64,000 nucleotides of DNA from NCBI RefSeq assembly GCF_004010195.1, contig NC_057718.1:79998555-80062554 (forward strand), written 5' to 3'. The DNA is from Chiloscyllium plagiosum. Lineage: Eukaryota. Below, piece after piece: positions 48,209-60,770 of the stretch. Position 1 is the first letter of the stretch. The number at the start of each line of letters is the position of its first letter. Position numbers and translations under genes: made by a program. The notes beneath the pieces are model-generated. The model made no database searches and was not told where the DNA came from. It saw only the letters and a list, made by a program, of their open reading frames with translations.

Positions 48209-48604
48209 AAATATTTGTTTTGCGGTAGTTTTCATTTCCGCATTGCAACTTAGAGGACATTTTGATACTTAGTAATGGGGGTAGCTAAGATATGGAACGA
48301 TTAATGAATCGAAATTGGGATTGAATCACTGATCCTTTTGGTGAATGAATCCAATCACAGACTGCTGGACAGCAAACATGTTGATTGGCTCCTTCATTCT
48401 ACCTCTTCTTTCTTTTTATCCTCTTTCTTCTCCTCCTCTTCAACTGCTTATACACCTGAAGGCAAGATATATACCTCAAGGATGAACAGATTGTACAGAA
48501 TGCAGTAGACCATGATGAACTATGAAACAATCTATGGTAAATGTTGCAGAGCACCCATTCAGTGGTCAAACCAATGGAAGCATTGCTAGAGCAACCTGAT
48601 GGTT

Positions 48605-48736
48605 AAGGCATAAGTGGGTACTGCAGATGCTGGAGATAAGAGTCAAGGTTAGAGTGGTGCTGAAAAGCACAGCAGGTCATGCAGCATCTGAGGAGCAGGA
48701 AAATTGACGTTTCGGGCAAAAGACCTTCATCAGGAA
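48605..48736 (-). mobile_element. Mini-PLE family 1 with HHR at 48701-48736 (core intact, stem mismatches)
   Basis: Minus strand UUC-CUGAUGA-A-GGUC-UUUU-GCCC-GAAAC-GUC-AAUU, followed by the standard tail. Confidence 0.88.
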
Positions 48737-48738
48737 GG

Positions 48739-49599
48739 TTATTTAAAGTTGGTAAAGGTTTGAAGGGCTCTTAGCAGAGTGTCATATCCACCCAGGATCT
48801 CCAGAGATCAATTCATTTACCAGAATCCTAGTAAGGAACAAACTCCTCAGAGCAGGAGGAGTGGTAAAAGGGGTAACTGTGATCATGAACTTCTTCATGC
48901 CAGGATCTTTCCAGGCTAGAGGAAAAACATCTCCTATGGTTTGCTTGGTGACACTTCGTGTGGTAGCATGGCTCTCACTGCATGCAGACGACCCATGTTT
49001 GTTTACGTTCTCAGGTCATGTGCTAGGTGGTCAGTAGGTTATTTTGTTTCCAGCCATCTTAAATAGTGATAGTACAGCTGACAGAGCTGGTACAGAACAA
49101 GGCATTCTACCTGCTGCCAGGACGTTATGCATTCACGTGCACAATTTTCTGAGCATGATTATACACCAACTGCACATTCAAGGAGGAAAGCTCTTTGTGA
49201 TTTTGGCACATTTTTTGCATTTAGATGCAATGCCTGCAAAGTAACGTGTGCAGTCAATTCCACCATTGGAAAGTTTGTTATTCTTGAGAAGCCTTGTGCA
49301 CTCTAATTTTTTTCTTCTATTTGGAAGACAGAAAACAATTTCCTGGCATTCAGTGTAATAGTCACCTCCCATATACAGAAAACTGTGAGATTTTGGAGAT
49401 GTTGTTTCCAGTAGCCTGGAAAGATCCGGGCATGAAGAAATTCTTGGTCACAGTTACCCCTACAACCACTCCTCCTGCTCAGAGGAGATTGTTCTTTACT
49501 GGGATACTGGTAAACGAATTGATCTCCGGAGATCTTGGGTGGATATGACATTCTGCTGAGAGCCCTTCAAGCCTGAGAGTCTTTATCAACTTTAGATAA
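48739..49599. repeat. Diverged inverted repeat, arms 48739-48934 and 49395-49599
   Basis: About 200-bp arms that align throughout (roughly 85% identity by eye). Confidence 0.92.
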
Positions 49600-49708
49600 G
49601 AATATAAACATTCAGTCACACCCATTAATACAGAAACAGCCATTAAAAATCAATCTGCAACCAAGCTGAAAGTATTGACCAACCCATTAAATACCGGTGG
49701 TGGAGGAG

Positions 49709-52700
49709 GTCATAGAGTCATAGAGATGTATAGCATGGAAATAGACCCTTCGGTCCAACCCGTCTATGCTGACCAGATATCCCAACCCAATCTAGTCCCA
49801 CCTGACAGCACCCGGCCCATATCCCTGCAAACCCTTCCTATTCATATACCCATCCAAATGCCTCTTAAATGTTGCAATTGTACCAGCCTCCACCACATCC
49901 TCTGGCAGCTCATTCCATACACCTAACCATCCTCTGCGTGGAAAAGTTGCCCCTTAGGTCTCTTTTATATCTTTCCCCTCTCACCCTAAACCTATGCCCT
50001 CTAGTTCTGGTTCCCGACTCCAGGGAAAAGACTTTGTCTATTTTTCCTATCCATGCCCCTCATAATTTTGTAAACCTCTATAAGGTCACCCCTCAGCCTC
50101 CGACGCTCCAGGGAAAACAGCCCCAGCCTGTTCAGCCTCTCCCTGTAGCTCAGATCCTCCAACCCTGGCAACATCCTTGTAAATCTTTTCTGAATCCTTT
50201 CAAGTTTCACAACATCTTTCCGATAGGAAGGAGAACAGAATTGCACGCAATATTTCAACAGTGGCCTAACCAATGTCCTTTATAGCCGCAACATGACCTC
50301 CCAACTCCTGTACTCAATACTCTGACGAATAAAGGAAAGCATACCAAACGCCTTCTTCACTATCCTATTTACCTGCAACTCCACTTTTAAGGAGCTATGA
50401 ACCTGCACTCCAAGGTCTCTTTGTTCAGCAACACTCCCTAGGACCTTACCATTAAGTGTATAAGTCCTGCTAAGATTTTCTTTCCCAAAATGCAGCACCT
50501 CGCATTTATCTGAATTAAACTCCATCTGCCACGTCTCAACCCATTGGCCCATCTGGTCCAGATCCTGTTGTAATCTGAGGTAAACCTCTTTGCTGTCCAC
50601 TACACCTCCAATTTTGGTGTCATCTGCAAATTTACTAACTGCACCTCTTATGCTCGCATCCCAATCATTTATGTAAATGACAAAAGTAGAGGGCTCAGCA
50701 CTGATCCTTGTGACACTTCACTGGTCACAGGCCTCCAGTCTGAAAAACAACCCTCCACCACCACCCTCTGTCTTCTACCTTTGAGCCAGTTCTGTGTCCA
50801 AATGTCTCGTTCTCCCTGTATTCCATGAGGTCTAACCTTGCTAATCAGTCTCCCATGGGGAACCTTGTCGAACGCCTTACTGAAGTCCATATACATCACA
50901 TCTACTGCTCTGACCTCATCAATTTTATTTGTTACTTCTTCAAAAAACTCAATCAAGTTTGTGAGACATGATTTCTCATGCACAAAGCCATGTTGACTAT
51001 CCCGAATCAGTCCTTGCCTTTCCAAATACATGTACATCCTGTCCCTCAGAATTCCCTCCAGCAACTTGCCCACCACTGAGGTCAGGCTCACCGGTCTATA
51101 GTTCCCTGGCTTGTCTTTACCGCCCTTCTTAAACAGTGGCACCATGTTTGCCAACCTCCAGTCTTCCTCTCCTGTGACTATCGATGATACAAATATCTCA
51201 GCAAGAGGCCCAGCCATCACTTCTCTAGCTTCCTACAAAGTTCTCGAGTACGCCTGATCAGGTCCTGGGGATTTATCCATTTTTAACCGTTTCAAGACAT
51301 CCAGCACTTCCTCCTCTGTAATCTGGACATTTTGCAAGGTGTCACCATCTATTTCTCTACAGTCTATATCTTCCATATCCTTTTCCACAGTAAATACTGA
51401 TGCAAAATATTCATTTAGTACCTCCCCCATTTTCTGTGGCTTCACACAAAGGCCGCCTTTGCTGATCTTTGAGGGGCCTTATTCTCTCCCTAGTTACCCT
51501 TTTGTCCTTAATATATTTGTAAAAACCCTTTGGATTCTCCTTAACTCTATTTGCCAAAGCTATCTCATGTCTTCGTTTTGCCCTCCTGATTTCCCTCTTA
51601 AGTATACTCCTACTTTCTTTATACTCTTCTAAGGATTCACTTGATGTATCCTGTCTATACCTGACATATGCTTCCTTCTTTTTCTTAACCAAACCCTCAA
51701 CTTCTTTAGTCATCCAGCATTCCCTANNNNNNNNNNNNNNNNNNNNNNNNNNNNNNNNNNNNNNNNNNNNNNNNNNNNNNNNNNNNNNNNNNNNNNNNNN
51801 NNNNNNNNNNNNNNNNNNNNNNNNNNNNNNNNNNNNNNNNNNNNNNNNNNNNNNNNNNNNNNNNNNNNNNNNNNNNNNNNNNNNNNNNNNNNNNNNNNNN
51901 NNNNNNNNNNNNNNNNNNNNNNNNNNNNNNNNNNNNNNNNNNNNNNNNNNNNNNNNNNNNNNNNNNNNNNNNNNNNNNNNNNNNNNNNNNNNNNNNNNNN
52001 NNNNNNNNNNNNNNNNNNNNNNNNNNNNNNNNNNNNNNNNNNNNNNNNNNNNNNNNNNNNNNNNNNNNNNNNNNNNNNNNNNNNNNNNNNNNNNNNNNNN
52101 NNNNNNNNNNNNNNNNNNNNNNNNNNNNNNNNNNNNNNNNNNNNNNNNNNNNNNNNNNNNNNNNNNNNNNNNNNNNNNNNNNNNNNNNNNNNNNNNNNNN
52201 NNNNNNNNNNNNNNNNNNNNNNNNNNNNNNNNNNNNNNNNNNNNNNNNNNNNNNNNNNNNNNNNNNNNNNNNNNNNNNNNNNNNNNNNNNNNNNNNNNNN
52301 NNNNNNNNNNNNNNNNNNNNNNNNNNNNNNNNNNNNNNNNNNNNNNNNNNNNNNNNNNNNNNNNNNNNNNNNNNNNNNNNNNNNNNNNNNNNNNNNNNNN
52401 NNNNNNNNNNNNNNNNNNNNNNNNNNNNNNNNNNNNNNNNNNNNNNNNNNNNNNNNNNNNNNNNNNNAACTTTTAGATCTGGTCTATCCTTTTCCATCAC
52501 TATTTTAAAACGAATAGAATTATGGTCCCTGGCCACAAAGTGCTCCTCCACTGACACCTCAGTCACCTGCCCTGCCTTATTTCCCAAGAGTAGGTCAAGT
52601 TTTGCACCTTCTCTAGTAGTTACATCCACATACTGAATCAGAAAATTGTCTTGCACACACTTAAGAAATTCCTCTCCATCTAAACCTTTAACACTATGGC

Positions 52701-52823
52701 AGTCCCAGTCGATGTTTGGAAAGTTAAAATCCCCTACCTTAGCTACCCTATTATTCTTACAGATAGCTGAGATCTCCTTACAAGTTTGTTTCTCAATTTC
52801 CCTCCGACTATGAGGGAGTTTAT
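49709..52823 (-). mobile_element. CR1/HER1 LINE, 5'-truncated within APE, intact 3' end, spanning a gap
   Basis: VPLFKKG.KDKPGNYRPVSLTSVVGKLLE, QHGF..KSCLTNL, YMDFSKAFDKVPH, QGSVL; tail CTCTATGACTCTATG. Confidence 0.97.
51727..52467. other. Assembly gap
   Basis: Run of N. Confidence 1.
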
Positions 52824-53294
52824 AACCCTTCCTGAATTCATGTGAGGTTGTAAGAAGATGTTAGCTGGAGCCTTGAGATTGAAAAAGGGAATGCAACACA
52901 TTAATCAATATTACATGCTGACTGACATAATTGCTGTATACGGCAACCTCCATATAGACAGCATACTCTCCTAGTACCTGGGTTAGTGGCCACACCAAAA
53001 TGGCACTTGGTGCAAGATGTATCTACAGTGCGAACACATCTTGCACACAAAATAGTACCTGTGGCATGAAAAATAGGTACTACAGAACAAAATTTTGTCA
53101 CCAATGTTTTGTTTCAATACAGATGCAGTTTCTGGAGATGAAAGGGTTGTATACTGATCCATTACACTATCTATTGTCCATAAACATTGTTCTGGAAAAT
53201 ATTTTTAATTGCACAATTGTGATAATAAATGTAGAATAAATCTGAATTCTGGAACTCCATCTGAACTGCTTCTCTATCAAACTTCTCTATCAAA

Positions 53295-54155
53295 AGAAGT
53301 TTACCTCAGAGTACAACAGGAACTTGATCAGATGGGCCAATGGGCGAATGGGCCAAGGAATTGCAAATTAAGTTTAGTTTAGATAAATGTGAGGTGGTAG
53401 ATTTTGGAAAGGCAAATAAGGGCAGGACTTATATGCTTAATGCTAAGGTTCTGGGGAGTGTTGCTGAACAAAGAGATCTTGGAGTGCAGGTTCATAGTTC
53501 CTTAGAAATAGAGTCACAGGTAGATAGGATAGTGAAGAAGACATTTGGTATGCTTATATTTATTGGTCAGTGCACTGAGTATAGGAGTTGGGAGTTCATG
53601 TTTTGGCTGTACAGGACTATTGGATTATTACATGCATCTCACATCTCCCTGCTATAAAAAGGATGTTGTGAAACTTGAAAGTGTCCAGAAAAGATTTATA
53701 AGGATCTTACCAAGGTTGGAGGGTTTGAGCTCTACGGGAGAGGCTGAATAGACTGGGGCTATTTTCCTGAAGTGTTGGAGGCTGAGGGGTTATCTTCTAG
53801 AGGTTTAAAAAAATCATGAGGGGCATGGACAAAGTCTTTTCCCTGGCGTGGGGAGTCCAAAGCTAGAAGGCAAAGGTTTAAGATGTGAGGGGAAAGATTT
53901 AAAAGGGAACTAAAGGGCAACCTTATCACACAGAGGGTGGTGGGTGTATGGAATGAGCTGCCAAAGGAAGTGGTAGAGGCTGGTACAATTACAATATTGT
54001 AAAGGCATCTGGATGGGTGTATGAATAGGAAGGTTTTGGAGAGATATGGAACAAATACTGGCAAATGGGACTAGATTTATTTATAATATCTGGTCGGCAT
54101 GGACGAGTTGGACCAAAGACTCTGTTTCGAGCTGTATATCTCTCTGACTCTATGA
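53295..54155 (+). mobile_element. 5'-truncated CR1/HER1 LINE
   Basis: KCEVVDFG..AEQRDLGVQVHSSL; tail CTCTGACTCTATGAC; 13-bp tandem duplication CTTCTCTATCAAA at 53269-53294 at the 5' junction. Confidence 0.93.
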
Positions 54156-54514
54156 CACAAACATCTGTGGAAACATTTAACATACTCAAAGACCATGAGT
54201 CACAAAAGAAATTTCATATTTGTCAGACTGCTTGGATAAGCAATGTTAGCTTTGGTACAACTGATTTTGGATTTAAATCTGATCAAAGCATTTGTTCCCA
54301 TACTTTTACAAGTGTACCAACTTGAAAAGTTACCAGGTTATATTCTGTCAAATCCTTAAACTATGCAATTTGACAGCTCTTTGCTATTAATTTCAAGTGT
54401 TGTAAGCAGTACAGAATTTAAATCAAGAGTAAACAAGATAATTCAGGCATCACATAGACAATATTCAAACAAATTTAATTGGGAAGGATAAAATTCAAAT
54501 TAATTTAGACTTTG

Positions 54515-54610
54515 CAAGCTAGAGAAATTCTTTTCCTTAACTGCTAGGGAAAAGAACAAACATCGATTATCAGATAATCAACTACTACTCAAGTGTACCA
54601 TGGTACATAT
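54515..54610 (+). repeat. Source arm of a 96-bp inverted duplication (partner 55002-55097)
   Basis: Reverse-complement match with one mismatch; contains the palindrome TGTACCATGGTACA. Confidence 0.97.
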
Positions 54611-54654
54611 ATATTTGTACCTTAAGGAACTGAAAATAATACCCATAGGAAGAA

Positions 54655-54838
54655 AGTCTTTCACAACCTTAAGAAACCATGTAGCACTTTACAGCCAATT
54701 AAATACTTCTGTGAAATGTAGAAACTATTGTAATGTCAGGAATTCAGCGAGACTCCACAAATGTGATAATAACAAAATAATCTGTTTCAGTGATATTGGT
54801 TAAGGTTTTAAATATTGGCCACAGCCCAGGGAGAACTC
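54655..54838 (-). mobile_element. Deu-domain SINE 3' half
   Basis: Reverse complement GGCCAATATTTA..AACCAATATCACTGAAACAGATTAT..ATTGGCTGTAAAGTGCT..GTTGTGAAAG. Confidence 0.7.
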
Positions 54839-55095
54839 TGCAGGCCAGTGACAACTTGGGGGTAGCTTCCCTTAACAGGCTGGGAGAGGTATTGTACTTG
54901 TACTCTCATTGAGCCACAAGTTTGAAAGGACAACAGCAGAGGTCCTCACTATGGACTTTAGCTTTCTTACATTGGGATCCTTCCAAGCTGGAGAAGGCAA
55001 CATATGTACCATGGTACACTTGAGTAGTAGTAGATTATCTGATAATCGATGTTTGTTCTTTTCCCTAGCAGTTAAGGAAAAGAATTTCTCTAGCT

Positions 55096-55747
55096 TGTGT
55101 ACACAGATCTCTGAAAGTTGCCACCCAGGTAAATAGTGCGGTGAGGAAAGCATATGGCGTACTGGCTTTTATTGGTAGAGGAATTGAGTTCCGGAGTCCT
55201 GAGGTCATGATGCAGTTGTATAAGACTCTGGTGCGGCCGCATCTGGAATATTGTGTGCAGTTTTGGTCGCCATACTATAGGAAGGATGTGGAGGCACTGG
55301 AACGGGTGCAGAGGAGGTTTACTGGTATGGAAGGAAGATCGTATGAGGAAAGACTGAGACACTTGGGGCTGTTTTCATTAGAGAAAAGAAGGTTTAGGGG
55401 TGACTTGATTGAGGTGTACAAGATGATTAGGGGGTTAGATAGGGTTGACAGTGTGAACCTTTTCCCGCGTATGGAGTCGGGTATTACAAGGGGGCATAGC
55501 TTTAAATTAAGGGGGGGTAGATATAGGATTGAAGTTAGGGGTAGGTTCTTCACTCAGCGAGTCGTAAGTTCATGGAATGCCCTGCCAGTAGCAGTGGTGG
55601 ACTCTCCCTCATTATGGGCATTTAAGCGGGCATTGGATAGGTATATGGAGGATAGTGGGTTAGTATAGGTTAGGTGGGCTTGGATCGGCGCAACATCGAG
55701 GGCCAAAGGGCCTGTACTGCGCTGTATTCTTCTATGTTCTATGTTCT
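55096..55747 (+). mobile_element. Young 5'-truncated CR1 (different subfamily)
   Basis: Open 175-aa frame LYKTLVRPHLEYCVQFWSP..RGDLIEVYK..TRGHSFKL; CpG-rich; tail (TTCTATG)n. Confidence 0.95.
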
Positions 55748-56539
55748 ATATGTAACATCTCTGAAATCATTGTTCACTGTTGTATCTGAGACACGACAGA
55801 TCCTCTACCAGTAAAGGGGTGTTCACTGTTTTTAGTTGCACAGTCTTTGCATTCACAGCTCTAGACTAAGCTGTTGGGAAACTGTAACAATAGGGATACT
55901 GCAAGTACAATTGCTGTTATCTTGAGGAAAGACAGCAGGCCTTGTGTACTAGAAACTGACCTCTACTTTCCTGAGCAGCACCTCAGCGGTCCTAGAAATC
56001 AGCTGGATCATAAATATCGATACAGCAATGACACTCAAAGACTCTCCCAGTATTGGGATCTGAAGATATGATAGCAACAATCTGAGCGTGCTTGAGTGAC
56101 CTTGCATAGCAACAAACAGATTTTGTGGCCTCAGTCTGAGCTTCTCATGCTCCATTACTACAGTAAAGAACTACATAAAAGTAAAAGATAAAGCATAAAA
56201 GTGCAAAACCAAACACAGATCCTGGCAACTAGGAGATATACAAACAACAAAAGATGACAACAGATTGTAAGAGCAATGTGCAGGAAGTATAAAATTGGTA
56301 ATTGTTTAATTATAAATAAAAATAAGGAAATGGGGACATACCAAAATTACCACAAAGTAAAATTACAAGGAGAAGATTTCCACAAGAATGGTATATATGC
56401 AGGATCAGATGGTTTGTACACCAGGGTTTAAACAAAATAGGTGAGACTAATGCAGTTTATTCAATCACAATCTTTAAAAGTTGTCTTGATTTAGAAAAGC
56501 AGTGACTAAGGAATATCTATGAATATTGACCCTTGTCAC

Positions 56540-57210
56540 CTATGTATATTTGTTCTTCCTTGGGATTAATTTTTGCTGTGCTTCACGAATTACCATCAGA
56601 ATCTCCTGCCAATGCTGATCCACTATCTTCCTTGCTAAGCTCCCCTTCCAATCAATACTGGCCAGCTCCTCCTGCAAGTCTTTGTAGTTACCTTTACTCA
56701 ATTGTAATACCATTACGTCTGATTTCAGCTTCTCCATGTCAAACTGCAGGGTGAATTCAGCCAAATTATGGTCACTGTCTCCTCGGGGCTTGTCCACCTT
56801 CAGCTCTCTAATCAAGTCGACCTCATTAATATCACCAAATCCAGAAATGCTAATTCTCTTGTTGGTTGTACCACACGCTGCTCCAAAAAAACCATATCGT
56901 AAATATTCCACAAATTCCTGATTTTTGCAATCTGCTTGGATATTAAATCTTCCATGATTATTGTAACAGTGCTTTTCTGACATGCCTTTTCTACCTCCTG
57001 ATTTATTTTCTGCCCACATCCTGACTACTGTTAGGCGGCCAGGGCATAACCCACTTCAGGGTCTTTTTTCCGTTGCAATTCCTCAACTCTACCCACACAG
57101 ATTCCACACCTTCCAACTCTATTTCACTTCTTGCTTTTGATTTAATTTGATTTCTTACGAACAAGACAACCACCCCCCTTCCCCCTACCCACCCACCTGC
57201 TTATTCTTTT
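56540..57210 (-). mobile_element. Old CR1 ORF2 APE fragment
   Basis: GRFNIQAD, EFVEYL, LIRELKV..P.GDSDHNLAEF, KGNYK..ELASIDW. Confidence 0.8.
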
Positions 57211-59043
57211 CAATAGAACGTTTGCCCTTTGGTATATCTAAACCCCCATGGTCACACATAGCCAACATGGAAAACCATACACCTGTACCCATTCCTCATG
57301 GTCCCTCAAGTTCTCCATGCCAATCTATGCCATTCTGACCACACAAAATAGCCCTGCATGCCATCTTAGTCAGCCTATGCTTTTCTACCCACTTCTATGG
57401 TCCTTTAGAGTTCTGCTGCAAACATAGTGCTAACTCACAGCAAACTATATCCCACACATAACTTTACAACCCGTGACCAGACCTCATGTTGGACCTCTGC
57501 TAGGATGAGATTAACTAACACTCTTAATTAATGAATGAAGAATTCACTATAAGATCCTAACAGGGAAGAGGAGAAATAGGCCATTTGGCCCATTGAAACT
57601 GCTCTTCAATTCAATAAGATCATGGCTGTTCTGGTATCATCAATTGTACTTTTCTATCTTTTCCCATTAATCCTTGGTTTTCTTATTGACTGCAGATTTG
57701 TCTATCTTGGACTTGAATATTTTTAACAATGCAACCTTGACACCTCTGCGCAGTGAAAAATTCCACAGATTCACTAAGAAGAAATTTCACCTCACCTTTG
57801 TCTTAAATGGGTGGTTCTTACTCTGAGATTCTGCTCTTTGGTCTAGACTCTTCCACAAGGGGAAATAACTTCTCTATATCTACCCTGTCAAGCCTCCTAA
57901 TAATCCATGTTTCATTAATTTCTCCTCCAACTTTTCTCAACTCCAATCTAGGCCCAAGCTAACCCCTCCTCAGAAGAAAATCCTTGAGTAAACCTAAAGA
58001 ATCTTCTTAGGACTACCTCCAATGTCAGTATATCTTTCCTTAGGTAAGGCAAATAAAGTACTTTTAATATTCTAAATGTGGTCTGACTAGTGCTTTGTAT
58101 AGATTTAACAAGATTTCCATATTCTTAAGTATTATTCTCTTTGAAATAAAGGTCAACATCTTATTTTCCTTCCTTGTTACCCAATGAACTTGTATACTAG
58201 CTTTTTGTGATATGTCAGAGACCCCCAACACCCCCCGAACAAATCTCATTGTGCTGCAGATTTCTGAAGTTTCTCTCCATTTAAATAATACTCAGTTGCT
58301 CTATTCTTCCTACCAAAGTGCATAACCTTACATTTTCCCACATTGTATTTCATCTGCCACGTTTCTGCCCACTCACTTGGCCTGTCTATATATATGCCTT
58401 GGTAGACTTTATGTCTCATCCTCACTACTTGCCTTCCTATCCATTTTATACCATCCATATACTTGGCTATAGGACATTCATTTTTCTTATCCAAGTCACA
58501 AGTAATTGTAACCATAGCACTCACCCTGTGGCATCCCACTAGTTGCAGGTTACTATCCTGAACATGCTCTCTTTATCCAAACTCTCTGTCTTCTATTAGT
58601 TGGCCAATTATTATCCAACACCATGGGTTTTTAACTTAAGTTATCTTATATATGGTAACTTATTAATCACCTTATGGAAATTCAAATACATTACATCTAT
58701 TGGTTACTCTCTATCTTTCCCTGATGGTTACCTCCTCAAAGAATTATAATTTATGTCAAGCATCATTTCCCTTTCATGAAGCCATAACAATGCTGCTTGA
58801 TTATATTATGCACTTCTAAATGACCTGCTATTACATCTTTTATAATCTAATATTTTCCCAATGACAGGTGTTAAGATAACTGGCTGAAAGTTATCTATTT
58901 TCTGTCCCCCTCCTTTTTTGAACAAAGGTGGTACATTCTCATTTTTCCAATTATCTGTGGCATTTTCAAAATTGAAGGATTCTTAGAACGTTTCTACCAG
59001 TGTGCCCACTATCTATGTAATTACTGCCTTTAACATCCGAAGA

Positions 59044-59252
59044 GGAGAAAGTGAGGACTGCAGATGCTGGAGATCAGAGCTGAAAATGTGTTGCTGGAAA
59101 AGCGCAGCAGGTCAGGCAGCATCCAAGGAACAGGAGAATCGACGTTTCGGGCATAAGCCCTTCTTCAGGAAGGGCTTATGCCCGAAACGTCGATTCTCCT
59201 GTTCCTTGGATGCTGTCTGACCTGCTGCACTTTTCCAGCAACACATTTTCAG
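59044..59252. mobile_element. Young fold-back mini-PLE (family 1), 16-bp TSD
   Basis: CTTTAACATCCGAAGA at 59028-59043 and 59253-59268; near-perfect arms of about 85 bp meet at 59164-59168. Confidence 0.95.
59137..59171 (-). ncRNA. Minimal type I hammerhead ribozyme, intact core
   Basis: UUC-CUGAAGA-A-GGGC-UUAU-GCCC-GAAAC-GUC-GAUU; predicted cleavage after C at 59141. Confidence 0.78.
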
Positions 59253-60733
59253 CTTTAACATCCGAAGATACCACTAATCAGATTCAGGGAACTTATCAGC
59301 TTGTAGCCTCATTAGTTTTCCAAGTACTTTTTTCTCCAGTGATAGTTGTATTTATTTCTTTCCCCCAAATTTTGTTCCTTACCCCTTGATTATTTAGTAT
59401 GTTTTGAATGCTGTCTGTGTCCTTTACTGTGAAGACAAATGTAAAGTATTTAATCAGTTCCTCTGTCATTTCCAGACTCCCCATTCTTATTTCCTCGGAC
59501 TCTGTAAGGGCCTATGTTCTCTTTTATGTTTGTAAAGAAGATTTTACTGTCCATTCCTATATTACTTGCTAGTCTATTTTTCCCCTCTTTGCTATTTTTT
59601 GGTCATCTTTTGTTGGCTTTTAAAACTTGCTCAATCATCTGGTTTAACACTAATGTTTGCCACTTTTTCTGATTTTTTTTTCAGTTTGATACTTAACTTT
59701 ACTTCCTTGGTTAACCATGGTTGATTTACTCTCTTCCTAGAATCCTTGTTTCTTACTGGGATTATCTTTGCTGCTAGTCATGAACTGATTCACTTCTTCA
59801 ATTTTTTTTTATGCTAAGCTCCTTTCTAATCCACTCCAGCCAACTCTGTCCCCATCCCTTTGTACTTACCATTATTTAAGTTTTGCATAGTTATTTCCAA
59901 CCCCAGTTTCTCCTCAAACAGAATGCTAAATTCCATCATTTTATGGTAATTGTTGCCTAGGAGATCTTTTACTCTCAGAACATCTAGACAACCTGCTTCA
60001 TTACACATTCCAAATCCAGAATAGCCTGATCGCTGGTTGGATCCACAATGTATTGTTCTGGGAAACTGTGTCGAAAATTCTCTATGAATTCTTCCTTATT
60101 TTTATCTCTGCTAATTCGGTTTACCAATATACACGAAGGTCACTCATAATTAGTGTTCTGCCCTGTAATATCCCTCAATATTTCCTAATTTGTTCTCTAT
60201 CGTACCGTACAGCTACTGTTAGGGGCCTGTAAAGTGTGCCAACAGTGTCTTTTTCCTCTTGATATTTCATACCTCCACCATACAGATTCTATACCATCCA
60301 ATCCACTTTCTTGCCACTGTACTTACTTCATCTCATAATAACAAAACTCGCATTTTTCCTTCCTTTCACAAAGGCACATACCCTTGAATATTTACTTCCA
60401 TGCTTTGATCTCATTCTATAAGATCATATCTATTAACCTTTGTGTCATTAATTAATTTACTTTGTTCAAACTTCCATGCACATTTAAGTAAAGAATCATT
60501 AATGTTGCCTTTTAACCATTTGTTTTCCCACCTTGATCCTGTTTGTTGTTTCTTTTATGCTTGTACACTGTGTCCTTTCCTGTACCACTCTGGGTACCAC
60601 TAAACAAATAGGTGTTCTATCATACCATTGCATGCTTTTGGGAGAAAGTGAGGACTGCAGATACTGGAGATCAGAGTCGAAAAGTGTGGTGCTGGAAAAT
60701 CTCAGCAGGTCAGGCAGCACCCAAGGAGCAGGA

Positions 60734-60770
60734 GAGTCGATATTTCAGGCATAAGCCCTTCATCAGGAAT
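60734..60770 (-). ncRNA. Minimal hammerhead motif, core intact, AUC site
   Basis: AUUC-CUGAUGA-A-GGGC-UUAU-GCCU-GAAAU-AUC-GACU. Confidence 0.6.

Noticed and set aside
48739..49599. MITE with 200-bp TIRs
   Set aside because: No TSD at the outer ends; a TSD instead encloses the mini-PLE plus the left arm. Not fully excluded without a copy-number search.
53010..53046. 11-bp stem hairpin GTGCAAGATGT/ACATCTTGCAC
   Set aside because: Single short hairpin with no supporting context.
55874..56071. ORF containing IAVILRKDSR, similar to LAVILHTDSR in parkin exon 3
   Set aside because: On the plus strand, opposite to the gene, with no surrounding similarity; coincidence.
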